Translations under genes and position numbers: made by a program | The notes under the pieces: generated by a model | What the model saw: only the letters and a program-made list of their open reading frames with translations | Database searches by the model: none | What the model was told of the DNA's origin: nothing | NCBI RefSeq assembly: GCF_044373315.1 | Contig: NZ_JBILQK010000001.1 | Coordinates: 39,639 to 103,638, forward strand | Length of the DNA stretch: 64,000 nt | From: Roseateles sp. | Lineage (GTDB): Bacteria; Pseudomonadota; Gammaproteobacteria; Burkholderiales; Burkholderiaceae_C | Reading direction: 5' to 3' | In this document: piece after piece, positions 46,088 through 56,654 of the stretch | Layout of the letters: the number at the start of each line of letters is the position of its first letter | Position numbering within the stretch: position 1 is the stretch's first letter

Positions 46088-48943
46088 ATGTTGGGGCCGT
46101 CGATGAAGCTGTTTTTGACCAGGCACGAGTTGGACTTGCTGGAGCAAAGCCTGCCCCTGAAGACCGGGTTAGATCAGCTGAGGACACGGGTCGAGCTGGC
46201 CTGGTATTGGCGCCAGACCGACAGCCGGCAGGCACTCCTCTGGGCGGAGTCCGGCGAACGCCGCCTGGCCGAACGGGCCGAGCTGGCACCCGAGGCGACG
46301 CTGAATGCTGCCATCCCGAGCCTGGAAGCACGTCTGCTGCTGGTGCGCGCCGAACTGCAATTTCTGGCGGCCGAGCTCGATCGAGCCTTGCAGACCGCAA
46401 TTCAGGCAGAAACCCTGTTCGAGGCCTGCCAGGACTTGGCGGGCCGGGGCGACGCACACTGGCTGCGCGCGCAGATTCTGGAGGACAAGGGCCAGGCCGG
46501 ACCGGCTGCCGCCGCCATGGATGCCGCACAGCAGGTCTATCAGGCAGCCGCCGACACGGACCGGCTGCACGCTTTGCAGGCACGCCGCCTGACGCGCTCG
46601 GTGTTCGAAGACCCGCTGGCCGCAGCGGCTGCCCTGCAGCAGGACTTTCCGGCGGGGCGGGACTGGCCATTACCGGTGGCCTTCTGGGTCGACAGTGCAC
46701 GCGGCCTGGTCTGCGCGATGAGCGGTGACCCCGCGGCCTCCATCAAGCACTTCATGCGCGCCTATGAGCTCGGGCTGGACATGGGTCAACTGAGGTTCGC
46801 ACTGGTGTCTGGCAGCAATGCCGCGGAGTCGTTTCTGCGACTGGGCGATCTGGACACCGCCCTGACCCTGCATGAAGAGCATCTGGTGCTGGGGCGCAAG
46901 GTGGGCTGGCCAGCCAGCCTGGGGCTGTGCCTGTTCAAGCTCGGCAGCGCCATGCGGGCCTTGGGGCGCAACGCAGAGGCACGCGGCTACCTGCAGGAGA
47001 GCGCCCAGCAACTGGCACAAGTGCCGGGGTCGCGTTCACAAGCCCAAGTGCTGGTGGAACTGGCTGAGCTGGAGCTGGCGGATGGCCGCTGCGCCAGCGC
47101 CACCGAGGCCTTTGAAGCCTTGCTGACACAGCGCAATGTCAAGTTGTCGGCCGACCTCCTGCTGATCGCGCTACTGGGCCAGGCAGCAGCGCTCTTGGCT
47201 GTGGGGCGGCAGCCTGCCGCCAGCGAAGCGGCAGCGGCTGCACTGCAGCTGGCCACGAGCCTGGGCGATGTGCTTGGGCAGGTGAAGGCCTTGCAAATCG
47301 CGGCGCAGATGCCGGACTACGACGCGCTGCAGTGCTTGCGGCAGGCGCTGGCGCTGGCAGGCACCATCAAGGGCTATGCCGCTACACCTGAGCTGCTGGA
47401 CCAGCTGGCCGCCGCCGAAGCCTCAGCCGGTGAGCACGAGGCAGCGTACGCCCATGGCCTGGCCGCCCACCAGGCCTACCGCAAGAGCCAGACCGCTGCG
47501 GTTCAGCAGCGCTCGGTGGCGCTGCGGGTCAAGTACGAGCTGGAGCAGGCTCAGGCCCAGGCAGCCTTGCACCGCCAGGCCGCCGAGACCTTGCGTGAGG
47601 CAAATGCGACGCTCGAAAGTCTGGGGGCGATGGGGCGCGAAATCACGGCATGCCTGCAGGCTGAAAGCGTTTTCGAGACCCTGAACAAACATGTGGACCA
47701 GCTGCTGGACGCCAGCTGCTTCCTGGTCTTCATGCTGACGCAACAGCCCGAGGGCGAGTCGACCGCCGGCCAGTTGCTGCTGAGCTACGGTTTCGAGAAC
47801 GGGCAGGCCTTGGCGCCTGAGACGCTCGCGATGGACGGCGATTCGGTGCTCGCCCGCTGCGCCCGCGAACGTGAGGAACTGCTGATCAATCTGGAGCATG
47901 AGAGCGACGATGCGCCACGCCAGATTCCGGGCACGCTGGAAACCAAGAGCCTCCTGTTCGGCCCGCTGCTGGCAGGCGACCGACTGCTGGGGGTGCTGTC
48001 GATCCAGTCGCCGCGCCGGAATGCCTATGGCGACCGGGAGCGATTCATCTTCAAGGCCCTGTGCGCCTACGGAGCGATTGCGCTGGACAACGCACAGGCC
48101 TACACCCGCACCGAAGCCGCCCAGCAGCAGACGCATGCCGCCCTGATGGAACTGCGGCGCGTGCAGCGCGATCTGATCGAGCGCGAGAAGCTCGCGGCGC
48201 TGGGTGCGCTGGTGGCAGGCGTGGCACATGAACTCAACACCCCGATCGGCAACAGCTTGCTGGTGGCCAGCACCTTGCAATCGGACAGCGCCGCCCTGTC
48301 AGCCGCCTTGCACGAGGGTCACTTGCGCAAATCGCAGCTGGACCAGTTCAGCGGCAGCGCCCAAAGCGCCTGCAACCTGCTGGTGCGGAATCTGGCCAGG
48401 GCAGCCGAGCTGGTGAGCAGCTTCAAGCAGCTTGCGGTGGACCAGAGCTCGGAACGCCGTCGCGAGTTTTCATTGCAGCAAACTTGCCAGGAACTGGAAC
48501 TGACGCTGAAGCCTGTGCTGGAGCGCGACGGCCACGCCTTGAGCCTGCGGATCGACGAGCGCCTGACGCTGGACAGCTACCCAGGCCCCTTGGGGCAGGT
48601 GCTCAGCAATCTGGTCATCAACGCCATCCACCACGGCTTCGACGGCAGGCGAGGCGGCCAGATGCGGCTGAGCGCGGAACCGCAAGGAACAGCGCATGTG
48701 CTGCTGAGCTTCGAGGATGACGGTCGCGGCGTTGCAGCCGACCATCTGGACCGCATCTTCGAGCCCTTTTTCACCACCCGTCTGGGCCAGGGCGGCAGCG
48801 GGCTGGGCCTGCACATCAGCTACAACATCGTGCGCAATGTGCTGGGCGGCAGCATCACGGTCAGCAGCGCCCCAGGCCAGGGGACCCGCTTCACCCTGCT
48901 CCTGCCGCGGGTCGCGCCGCAGGCTGACAACGCGCCGCTCTGA
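46088..48943 (+). CDS. Sensor histidine kinase with a long TPR-like helical N-terminal region and a GAF domain
   Basis: H-box VAGVAHELNTPIGNSL; the N, G1 and G2 boxes are NLVINAIHHG, DDGRGV and GSGLGL. A GAF-like segment lies upstream, and there is no TM helix. The start is uncertain (46088 or 46103). Confidence 0.82.
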   Translation: MLGPSMKLFLTRHELDLLEQSLPLKTGLDQLRTRVELAWYWRQTDSRQALLWAESGERRLAERAELAPEATLNAAIPSLEARLLLVRAELQFLAAELDRALQTAIQAETLFEACQDLAGRGDAHWLRAQILEDKGQAGPAAAAMDAAQQVYQAAADTDRLHALQARRLTRSVFEDPLAAAAALQQDFPAGRDWPLPVAFWVDSARGLVCAMSGDPAASIKHFMRAYELGLDMGQLRFALVSGSNAAESFLRLGDLDTALTLHEEHLVLGRKVGWPASLGLCLFKLGSAMRALGRNAEARGYLQESAQQLAQVPGSRSQAQVLVELAELELADGRCASATEAFEALLTQRNVKLSADLLLIALLGQAAALLAVGRQPAASEAAAAALQLATSLGDVLGQVKALQIAAQMPDYDALQCLRQALALAGTIKGYAATPELLDQLAAAEASAGEHEAAYAHGLAAHQAYRKSQTAAVQQRSVALRVKYELEQAQAQAALHRQAAETLREANATLESLGAMGREITACLQAESVFETLNKHVDQLLDASCFLVFMLTQQPEGESTAGQLLLSYGFENGQALAPETLAMDGDSVLARCAREREELLINLEHESDDAPRQIPGTLETKSLLFGPLLAGDRLLGVLSIQSPRRNAYGDRERFIFKALCAYGAIALDNAQAYTRTEAAQQQTHAALMELRRVQRDLIEREKLAALGALVAGVAHELNTPIGNSLLVASTLQSDSAALSAALHEGHLRKSQLDQFSGSAQSACNLLVRNLARAAELVSSFKQLAVDQSSERRREFSLQQTCQELELTLKPVLERDGHALSLRIDERLTLDSYPGPLGQVLSNLVINAIHHGFDGRRGGQMRLSAEPQGTAHVLLSFEDDGRGVAADHLDRIFEPFFTTRLGQGGSGLGLHISYNIVRNVLGGSITVSSAPGQGTRFTLLLPRVAPQADNAPL

Positions 48944-48976
48944 GGCCGCAGCCCAGGCGCTTGAAGCACACCGGTC

Positions 48977-49885
48977 TCAGCCCGTGATCAGCCGATCGCG
49001 GCCTTCGCTCTTGGCTTGGTAGAGCGCCCTGTCCGCCCGCGACAGCAAGGCATTGCGCCCTTCACCGCCCCTGTCGTCCGCCTGCACCAGGCCCGCCGAG
49101 CAGCTGTAACGAAACTCGGGCTGCAGCGCCAGCGGCTGCGAGGCGCGCACTGCGACCAGGAGCCGTTGCAGTACCCGCTCGGCCTCCGGCAGCGGCGTAT
49201 CCGGCAGCACCAGCACAAACTCCTCGCCGCCGAGCCTCGCGGCAATATCGGCGCGGCGCACCGACTGCCGCAACAGATGCGCGAAGTCTTGGAGCACCAG
49301 GTCACCCCCGTCATGGCCGAAGCTGTCGTTGATGCGCTTGAAGTGGTCAAGGTCAAGCACGGCCAGGCTCAGGGGCACAGCCGGATCACGCGCCAGCAAG
49401 GCGTCTAGCCGCTCCAGGCAGTAGCGACGGTTGCTCAGCTGGGTGAGCTCATCGGTCCAGGCGGCGCGCTGCGCCAGATCACGCTCCTGGCGCAGATCGC
49501 GACCTTCGGTGTGCAGGCCGCTCACATCGCTGGCGATGCACAACATCCAGCCATTGGCCAACGTGGTCTCGCACATCAGCAACCAACGGCCATCCGACAA
49601 GCTGGTTTCGAAGCTGCGAAAGGGCAGCTTGCCTCGCCGGGACTGTGCCGCTGCCAGCCAGGCTTCGAAGTCAGTGGTCGAGACCTGGGTGCCCCGTCCG
49701 CTGCGGTAGCCCAGCCGCATCAGCTCTGCCCAGGTCGGCAGCTCCGCGGCCGACAGCCCCAGCGCCAGCCGGAAAGCGCGGTTCGCGAAACGCAACTGGT
49801 CGCGCGCATCGAACACGGCCACCAACTGCTCGCTCGCCTCGAAAAGCGCTGGCAGGTTCTCCAATTCGGATGGGCCTAACTGCAT
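48977..49885 (-). CDS. PAS-domain diguanylate cyclase (GGDEF)
   Basis: GGEEF active site with an RRAD I-site five residues upstream, and LAVLDLDHFKRINDSFGHDGGD. The start is at MQLGPSEL, 5 nt after the upstream stop. Confidence 0.88.
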   Translation of the reverse strand: MQLGPSELENLPALFEASEQLVAVFDARDQLRFANRAFRLALGLSAAELPTWAELMRLGYRSGRGTQVSTTDFEAWLAAAQSRRGKLPFRSFETSLSDGRWLLMCETTLANGWMLCIASDVSGLHTEGRDLRQERDLAQRAAWTDELTQLSNRRYCLERLDALLARDPAVPLSLAVLDLDHFKRINDSFGHDGGDLVLQDFAHLLRQSVRRADIAARLGGEEFVLVLPDTPLPEAERVLQRLLVAVRASQPLALQPEFRYSCSAGLVQADDRGGEGRNALLSRADRALYQAKSEGRDRLITG

Positions 49886-49889
49886 GCAG

Positions 49890-51764
49890 CTATTCTGCCT
49901 CCAGCCCCAGGAAGCCTCCGCTCTGATGCGCCCACAGCCGCGCATAGATGCCGCCCGCGGCCAGCAGTTCGGCATGCGAGCCTTGCTCGACGATGCGGCC
50001 GGCATCCATCACCACCAGGCGGTCCAGCGCGGCGATGGTGGAGAGGCGGTGGGCGATGGCAATGACAGTCTTGCCTTCCATCAGCGTGTAGAGGCTTTGC
50101 TGGATCGCCGCCTCCACCTCGCTGTCCAGCGCGCTGGTAGCTTCGTCCAGCAGCAGGATGGGCGCATCCTTCAGCATCACGCGCGCAATCGCGATGCGCT
50201 GGCGCTGGCCGCCGCTGAGCTTGACGCCGCGCTCGCCCACATGCGCCTCCAGGCCGGTGCGGCCCTTGGGATCTGAAAGCGTGGCAATGAACTCGGCCGC
50301 GTGGGCGCGCTCCACCGCAGTCTGCAACTCGGCCGGCGCGGCGCCGGGACGACCATAAAGCACGTTATCCGCCACCGAGCGGTGCAGCAGCGAGGTGTCC
50401 TGCGTGACCATGCCGATGTGGCTGCGCAGCGAGTCCTGCGTCACCCGCGCAATGTCCTGCCCGTCGATCAGGATGCGGCCGCCATCGGCCGGCAGATCGT
50501 GCAAGCGCAGCAGCAGGTTCACCAGCGTGCTCTTGCCCGCACCGCTGCGGCCCACCAGGCCGATCTTCTCGCCGGGGCGGATGGCCAACTCCAGCCCGTC
50601 GATCACCGCCCTGCCCTCGCCATAGCCGAAGCGCAGCTGCTCGAAGCGGACCTCGCCGCGCGGCACCTGCAGCGCGGTGGCGTCCGGCGCGTCCACCACA
50701 GTCTGCGGTTTGGCCAGCGTCTGAAGCCCGTCCTGCACGGTGCCGATGTGCTCGAACAGCGAGGCCATCTCCCACATCACCCAATGCGAGATGCCGTTCA
50801 GGCGCATCGCCATGGCGGTGGCTGCCGCCACGGCACCGGCGCCGATGGCGCCCTGGCCCCACAGCACGAGGGCCAGCAGCGCGGTGCAGCCCACCAGCAG
50901 CGCCGACAGCAAGGTGTTGACCACCTCGAAGCCGGTCACCAGTCGCATCTGCGCATAGGCCGTCGTCATGAACTCGTCCATCGCGCCGCGCGCATGCGCG
51001 GCCTCGCGCTGGCTGTGCGCGAACAGCTTGACGGTGGCGATATTCGTGTAAGCGTCGGTGATGCGGCCGGTCATCAGGCTGCGCGCATCGGCCTGCTTCT
51101 CGGCCACCTTGCCCAGGCGCGGCACGTAGAAACGCAGCGCCGCCACATACAGCAGGAGCCACACCGCAAAAGGCAGCATCAACCAGGGGTCGAAGCTGCC
51201 AACGATGGCCACCAGCGTGCCGAAGTAGACGATCACATAGACCAGGATGTCGACCACGATCAGCCAGGTGTCGCGCACTGCCAGCGCGGTCTGCATCACC
51301 TTGGTGGCGATGCGGCCGGCGAACTCGTCGCCGAAGAAGGACAGGCTTTGCGCCAGCATGCGGCGGTGGAACAGCCAGCGCAGCCGCATCGGGAAGTTGC
51401 CGAACACGGCCTGATACTTGGTCAGCGCTTGCGCAGCCGCCAGCCCCACGCTGGCCACCAGCACGCCGCCCAGCAGCCACAACACGGGCTGCGGTTCCTG
51501 CCAGAGCTGCGCGGGCTGGATGCCAGCCAGCCAATCGACCAGCCGCGCCATCAAGCTGAACAGCAGCGCCTCGGCCGCGGCAATTCCGGCAGTCAGCAGT
51601 GTCACCAGCAGCAGCTGCGGCCGCAGGCCTTCGCTGCAGCGCCACAGGAAGGCGAAGAAACGCGCCGGCGGCGCGGCCAATGCAGCGTCCGGATAGGGAT
51701 CAACCCAGCGCTCAAAACGCGCGGCCAGGCCGCGCCAGGAGTTTTTCGACGTGTCTTCTTGCAT
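49890..51764 (-). CDS. ABC exporter, fused permease/ATP-binding protein (MsbA-like type I exporter)
   Basis: Six-helix TMD followed by Walker A GRSGAGKST, LSGGQRQRIAIAR, and ILLLDEATSALD. The start is at MQEDTSKN. Confidence 0.88.
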   Translation of the reverse strand: MQEDTSKNSWRGLAARFERWVDPYPDAALAAPPARFFAFLWRCSEGLRPQLLLVTLLTAGIAAAEALLFSLMARLVDWLAGIQPAQLWQEPQPVLWLLGGVLVASVGLAAAQALTKYQAVFGNFPMRLRWLFHRRMLAQSLSFFGDEFAGRIATKVMQTALAVRDTWLIVVDILVYVIVYFGTLVAIVGSFDPWLMLPFAVWLLLYVAALRFYVPRLGKVAEKQADARSLMTGRITDAYTNIATVKLFAHSQREAAHARGAMDEFMTTAYAQMRLVTGFEVVNTLLSALLVGCTALLALVLWGQGAIGAGAVAAATAMAMRLNGISHWVMWEMASLFEHIGTVQDGLQTLAKPQTVVDAPDATALQVPRGEVRFEQLRFGYGEGRAVIDGLELAIRPGEKIGLVGRSGAGKSTLVNLLLRLHDLPADGGRILIDGQDIARVTQDSLRSHIGMVTQDTSLLHRSVADNVLYGRPGAAPAELQTAVERAHAAEFIATLSDPKGRTGLEAHVGERGVKLSGGQRQRIAIARVMLKDAPILLLDEATSALDSEVEAAIQQSLYTLMEGKTVIAIAHRLSTIAALDRLVVMDAGRIVEQGSHAELLAAGGIYARLWAHQSGGFLGLEAE

Positions 51765-51816
51765 GCGGTCAGTGTCGCAGAGCACTGCCGCCAGCGTTAT
51801 GGCAGGAACTGCGGGC

Positions 51817-53292
51817 TCAGGCGTCCAGCCCCAGCTCCTGGATCTTGCGGGTGATGGTGTTGCGGCCAATGCCCAGCTTCTGCGCCGCCTCGATGCGCCG
51901 GCCGCGGGTGACATCCAGCGCGGTGAGGATCAGGCTGGCTTCGAAGCGGCGGGTCAGCGCTTCCCAGACCTCGGGCTCGCCGGCCTGCAGCAGGCGGCGT
52001 GCCTCGCGCGCCATCTCGGCCACCCAGGCATCAGGACCGGCGCCGAAGCCCGGCCCTGGTGCTGCGGCCGACGCCAGCTCGCCCAGACCTGGCGGAAGGC
52101 TGGCAGCCGCAGACTGCGGCGCTGCCGTGGTGGTCAGCGGCTGCTGCAGCAATTCCTGCGGCAGATCCTTGGGCTCCACCACCTGGGTCGGCGCCATGAC
52201 GCTAAGCCAATGGCAGACGTTCTCCAGCTGGCGCACATTGCCCGGAAACTCAAAGTTCGTCAGCCGAGCCAATGCCGCATCCGACAGGCGCTTGGCCTCG
52301 ATGCCCAGCTCGGTGGCGCTGCGCTGCAAAAAGTAGCGAGCAAGCACCGGAATGTCTTCGCGGCGCTCGCGCAGCGCAGGCAGACGCAAGCGGATCACAT
52401 TGAGGCGGTGGAACAAGTCCTCGCGGAACACGCCTTGGCGCACCCGCTCTTCCAGGTTCTGGTGGGTGGCGGCGATCACCCGCACGTTGGCGCGCAGTGG
52501 GCTGTGGCCGCCGACGCGGTAGAACTGGCCGTCCGAAAGGACGCGCAGCAGCCGCGTTTGCAGATCAAGCGGCATGTCGCCGATCTCATCCAGGAACAGG
52601 GTGCCGCCGTCGGCCTGCTCGAAGCGGCCACGGCGGGTGGCCTGTGCGCCGGTGAAGGCGCCTCGCTCGTGGCCGAACAGCTCGCTTTCAAGCAGGTCCT
52701 TTGGGATGGCCGCCGTGTTGATCGCGACAAACGGCCCTTCGGCGCGCGGGCTGTGCTTGTGCAGCGCACGTGCGACCAGTTCCTTGCCCGAGCCGGACTC
52801 GCCGGTGATCAGCACCGTGACATGGCTCTGGCTGAGGCGGCCGATGGCGCGGAACACGTCCTGCATGGCGGGCGCCTGGCCCAGCATCTCGGGCACTTGC
52901 GCGGCAGCCTCCTCGGCCACGGCCTCGCGCTGGCTTTCTTCCTGCGCGCGGCGGATCAGCTCGACGGCGCGCGACAGGTCGAAGGGCTTGGGCAGGTATT
53001 CAAAGGCGCCGCCCTGGAAGGCCGAGACGGCGCTGTCCAGGTCGGAGTAGGCCGTCATGATGATGACCGGCAGGCCCGGCAGCTTTTCCTTGACCTTGGC
53101 CAGCAGATCGAGGCCCGAGCCGCCCGGCATGCGGATGTCGGACACCAGCACCTGGGGGCTGTCCTCCTCGAGCGCGGCAAGCAGGTCGCGCGCATTGCTG
53201 AAGCTGCGCACCGGCAGGCCTTCACGCGCCAGCGCCTTCTCAAGCACAAAGCGGATCGAGTGGTCGTCGTCAACAATCCAGATGGATTTCAT
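51817..53292 (-). CDS. ntrC: Nitrogen regulation protein NR(I), sigma-54-dependent response regulator
   Basis: Receiver domain (IWIVDDDHSIRFVLEKAL ... LVSDIRMPG), AAA+ domain (GESGSGKELVARALH, GAFTGA), and a Fis-type HTH tail. Confidence 0.93.
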   Translation of the reverse strand: MKSIWIVDDDHSIRFVLEKALAREGLPVRSFSNARDLLAALEEDSPQVLVSDIRMPGGSGLDLLAKVKEKLPGLPVIIMTAYSDLDSAVSAFQGGAFEYLPKPFDLSRAVELIRRAQEESQREAVAEEAAAQVPEMLGQAPAMQDVFRAIGRLSQSHVTVLITGESGSGKELVARALHKHSPRAEGPFVAINTAAIPKDLLESELFGHERGAFTGAQATRRGRFEQADGGTLFLDEIGDMPLDLQTRLLRVLSDGQFYRVGGHSPLRANVRVIAATHQNLEERVRQGVFREDLFHRLNVIRLRLPALRERREDIPVLARYFLQRSATELGIEAKRLSDAALARLTNFEFPGNVRQLENVCHWLSVMAPTQVVEPKDLPQELLQQPLTTTAAPQSAAASLPPGLGELASAAAPGPGFGAGPDAWVAEMAREARRLLQAGEPEVWEALTRRFEASLILTALDVTRGRRIEAAQKLGIGRNTITRKIQELGLDA

Positions 53293-53338
53293 GGGCTTGG
53301 TTTCCCTGCGGGTCTTCGGTCATGCCAGCGCCTGGATC

Positions 53339-54436
53339 TCAGGGCAAGGGCAAGGTGATGCGAAAGTCTGTCCGGCCCGGTTCGCTGTCGCAATCGATCA
53401 TGCCTTGGTGTTGTTGCGCAATCGTTTGAGCCAGCGTCAGGCCAAGTCCCGATCCGCCGTCTCGCCCTGAAACCAGGGGGTAGAAGATGCGGTCTCGGAT
53501 CTCGGCCGGCACACCGGGGCCGTTGTCCTGCACATGCAATTCCAGTGCCAAGCGCCAGCGCTGCTTGCCGATCGTGACCTGCCGGGCCACTCGCGTCTGC
53601 AGGGTGATCACGGCCGTGCCTTCGGCGATCTGTGCATGCAGGGCCTGGGCCGCGTTCTGCGCGATATTGAGCACGGCCTGGATCAGCTGCTCGCGGTCGC
53701 CCCGGAAGTCAGGCAGCGAGGTGTCGTAGTCGCGCTCGATCTTGAGGCCGCGCGGGTACTCCGCCAGCACCACCGAGCGCACCCGCTCGCAGACCTCGTG
53801 GATGTTGACGTCACCCACCACCTGGGCACGCCGGTGCGGTGCCAGCAAGCGGTCCACCAGCACCTGCAGGCGGTCGGCCTCGTGCACGATGACCTGGGTG
53901 TACTCGTTGAGTTCAAGACCGAGCTCGGTGCCCTGAAGCTCCAGCGCCAGCAGCTGCGCCGCGCCGCGGATGCCGCCCAGCGGGTTCTTGATCTCGTGGG
54001 CCAGATTGCGGATCAATTCCTTGGTGGCCTGCACCTGGTCCAGCGTGCGCTCTTCGCGATCCTGGCGCGCCTGCTGCGCGTTCTCGATCAGCTCGACCAG
54101 CACCAGCTCCGGGCTGTCGGTCTGGCTGACGATGACCTGCACTGGCAGCAGATCCTCATGCGGCCGCGGGCCGCGCCGCAAAAGGCCGTCGAAGCGGCTG
54201 CTGGCCACGGTATTGCGCGCGACGGCAGACACTGCGTCCGACAGGTGTGCCGGGTCGGAGAACCAGTCACTCAGGATGGCACCCTGCACCGTGCGGCGCG
54301 ACAGTCGCATCACATCCTCGAAGGCCGTGTTGGCAAACACGCAGTCGCCATCGGGACGAACCACTGCCACCATGGTGGCCAGCAGATCGAAGGCGTCAAA
54401 GCTTCCGCCCGGCGGGCGTGGGTCGTTGTCGTTCAT
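53339..54436 (-). CDS. ntrB: Nitrogen regulation sensor kinase NR(II)
   Basis: PAS N-terminus, H-box LAHEIKNPLGGIRGAAQLL, and ATPase boxes (NIAQNAAQA, DNGPGVP, GSGLGL). The start is at 54436 or 54457. Confidence 0.9.
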   Translation of the reverse strand: MNDNDPRPPGGSFDAFDLLATMVAVVRPDGDCVFANTAFEDVMRLSRRTVQGAILSDWFSDPAHLSDAVSAVARNTVASSRFDGLLRRGPRPHEDLLPVQVIVSQTDSPELVLVELIENAQQARQDREERTLDQVQATKELIRNLAHEIKNPLGGIRGAAQLLALELQGTELGLELNEYTQVIVHEADRLQVLVDRLLAPHRRAQVVGDVNIHEVCERVRSVVLAEYPRGLKIERDYDTSLPDFRGDREQLIQAVLNIAQNAAQALHAQIAEGTAVITLQTRVARQVTIGKQRWRLALELHVQDNGPGVPAEIRDRIFYPLVSGRDGGSGLGLTLAQTIAQQHQGMIDCDSEPGRTDFRITLPLP

Positions 54437-54475
54437 GGTGTCGGGGGCTGATGGCACACCCGACGAGCGGGTGTG

Positions 54476-55018
54476 TCAGGGCAGCTTGCTGATTTCGCGC
54501 TTGAGCGCCTGGATGTCATTTTCCTGGCGGCTGATGGCCGCCTTGATCTCGGCCACGCGGTCGAGATAGCGCTGGTAGTTGCGCTCATCGCCGCGCCGTT
54601 CGGGGGCACCGGCCGAGAAGTCGCGCTGCAGAGCAGCCAAGCGCTCTTCTGCCTCACGCAATTCGGTCTCCAGCACGCGGCGGCGCTCGCCGTCTCGGCT
54701 GCGCTGCTGGGCCGGGTCAACACGGGCCTCACTGCGCCCCTCCGTCGTGCGCGGCGCCGAAGCCGGCGGCTGAGTGGCGCCGCCCGCGCCTGCAGCAGAC
54801 GTTGGAGCTGCCGGCCGCGGACGCATCGGCTGCAGCACGGTGATGGGCGTGCCTTCGATCGAACGGCAACCCTTGTCCTGGGCCTCCTTCGGACTCAACG
54901 CATCGGTGTACAGCACCGGCGGCCCAGGGCAGCGATACACCACTGACTGTGCCGACGCGGTGCTGCCCGCGGCAATCAGCGCCAAGCCAAGAATCAGGAC
55001 GGCAGGTCGGATGTGCAT
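54476..55018 (-). CDS. DUF4124 domain protein (exported, coiled-coil tail)
   Basis: Signal peptide followed by VVYRCPGPPVLYTD, typical of DUF4124. It lies between glnA and ntrB. Confidence 0.7.
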   Translation of the reverse strand: MHIRPAVLILGLALIAAGSTASAQSVVYRCPGPPVLYTDALSPKEAQDKGCRSIEGTPITVLQPMRPRPAAPTSAAGAGGATQPPASAPRTTEGRSEARVDPAQQRSRDGERRRVLETELREAEERLAALQRDFSAGAPERRGDERNYQRYLDRVAEIKAAISRQENDIQALKREISKLP

Positions 55019-55047
55019 GGCGCGATTGTGGCCCATACCGGCGACGC

Positions 55048-55076
55048 CAAAAAAGAAGGGACGGCGGCTGCCGTCC
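55048..55076 (-). terminator. Rho-independent terminator after glnA
   Basis: On the minus strand, GGGACGGC-agcc-GCCGTCCC is followed by TTCTTTTTT. Confidence 0.85.
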
Positions 55077-55132
55077 CTCGCTGCGGGAGGGCCGCGATGC
55101 GCGCTCTGCTGCACGCATGCTGCCCGCCGACA

Positions 55133-56548
55133 TCACAGTGCGTAGTACATGTCGAACTCGACCGGATGCGTTGCCATGCGGAAACGCGTCACTTCCTGCA
55201 TCTTCAGGTCGATGTAGGCGTCGATGTAGGCATCGGTGAACACGCCACCCTTGGTCAGGAAGGCACGGTCCTTGTCCAGATATTCCAGCGCCTGGTCCAG
55301 GCTGTGGCAGACGGTCGGCACCAGCTTGTCCTCTTCCGGGGGCAGGTGGTACAGATCCTTGGTGGCAGCCTCGCCCGGATGGATCTTGTTTTCCACGCCG
55401 TCCAGACCAGCCATCAGCAGTGCGGCGAAGCACAGATAGGGGTTGGCCGAAGGATCGGGGAAGCGTGCCTCGACGCGACGGCCCTTGGGGTTCGCCACAT
55501 AGGGGATGCGGATCGAGGCCGAGCGGTTCTTGGCCGAGTAGGCCAGCTTCACCGGGGCTTCGAAACCAGGCACCAGACGCTTGTACGAGTTCGTACCCGG
55601 GTTGGTGATGGCGTTCAGCGCGCGAGCGTGCTTGATGATGCCGCCGATGTAGTACAGCGCGAACTCGCTCAGGCCGGCATAGCCGTCGCCAGCGAACAGG
55701 TTCTTGCCGTCCTTCCACACGGACTGGTGCACGTGCATGCCGGAACCGTTGTCGCCAACGATGGGCTTGGGCATGAAGGTCGCGGTCTTGCCATAGGCGT
55801 GAGCAACGTTCTGCACCACGTACTTCTGCAGCTGGGTCCAGTCAGCGCGCTGCACCAGCGAGCTGAAGCGGGTGCCGATTTCCATCTGGCCGGCATTCGC
55901 CACTTCGTGGTGATGCACTTCAACCGGAATGCCCAGCTGTTCCAGGATCAGGCACATCTCCGAGCGCATGTCTTGGCCGCTGTCGACCGGGGGCACGGGG
56001 AAGTAGCCGCCCTTGACGGTGGGACGGTAGCCGCTGTTGCCGTGCTCGTATTCCTTGCCGGTGTTCCAGGCGGCTTCTTCGGCTTCGATCTTGAAGAACG
56101 AGCCCGACATGTCATTGGCCCAGCGCACCGAGTCAAAGATGAAGAACTCGGGCTCAGGACCGAAGTAGGCAGTGTCGCCCAGGCCCGAAGCCTTCAGGTA
56201 GGCCTCGGCGCGCTTGGCCAGCGAACGCGGGTCGCGCTCATAGGCCTTGCCGTCGGCCGGATCGATGACGTCGCAGGTCAGGATCAGGGTCGGCTCTTCG
56301 AAGAAGGGGTCGATATTGGCCGTGCTGGGGTCCGGCATCAGCAGCATGTCAGAGGCTTCGATACCCTTCCAGCCGGCGATCGACGAGCCGTCAAAAGCGT
56401 GGCCGGAGACAAACTTGTCTTCGTCGAAATGCGAGACAGGCACGGAAACGTGCTGCTCCTTGCCACGGGTGTCGGTGAAGCGGAAGTCAACGAACTTGAC
56501 TTCGTTTTCCTTCACCATGTTCATCACGTCGGCGACGGTCTTGGCCAT
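55133..56548 (-). CDS. glnA: Glutamine synthetase, type I
   Basis: 471 aa with [29 protein letters not shown], and the adenylylation-site context [20 protein letters not shown] is present. Confidence 0.96.
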   Translation of the reverse strand: MAKTVADVMNMVKENEVKFVDFRFTDTRGKEQHVSVPVSHFDEDKFVSGHAFDGSSIAGWKGIEASDMLLMPDPSTANIDPFFEEPTLILTCDVIDPADGKAYERDPRSLAKRAEAYLKASGLGDTAYFGPEPEFFIFDSVRWANDMSGSFFKIEAEEAAWNTGKEYEHGNSGYRPTVKGGYFPVPPVDSGQDMRSEMCLILEQLGIPVEVHHHEVANAGQMEIGTRFSSLVQRADWTQLQKYVVQNVAHAYGKTATFMPKPIVGDNGSGMHVHQSVWKDGKNLFAGDGYAGLSEFALYYIGGIIKHARALNAITNPGTNSYKRLVPGFEAPVKLAYSAKNRSASIRIPYVANPKGRRVEARFPDPSANPYLCFAALLMAGLDGVENKIHPGEAATKDLYHLPPEEDKLVPTVCHSLDQALEYLDKDRAFLTKGGVFTDAYIDAYIDLKMQEVTRFRMATHPVEFDMYYAL

Positions 56549-56654
56549 CAGTCACTCCTAGCGGATAGCTGTGTACGCATGTTGCGTACGGTTTGCGGAA
56601 GAAAAAGGTTCGACGAATTCTTGGGCGAGCGGGGTACGCACGCGCCAGAGTTAA

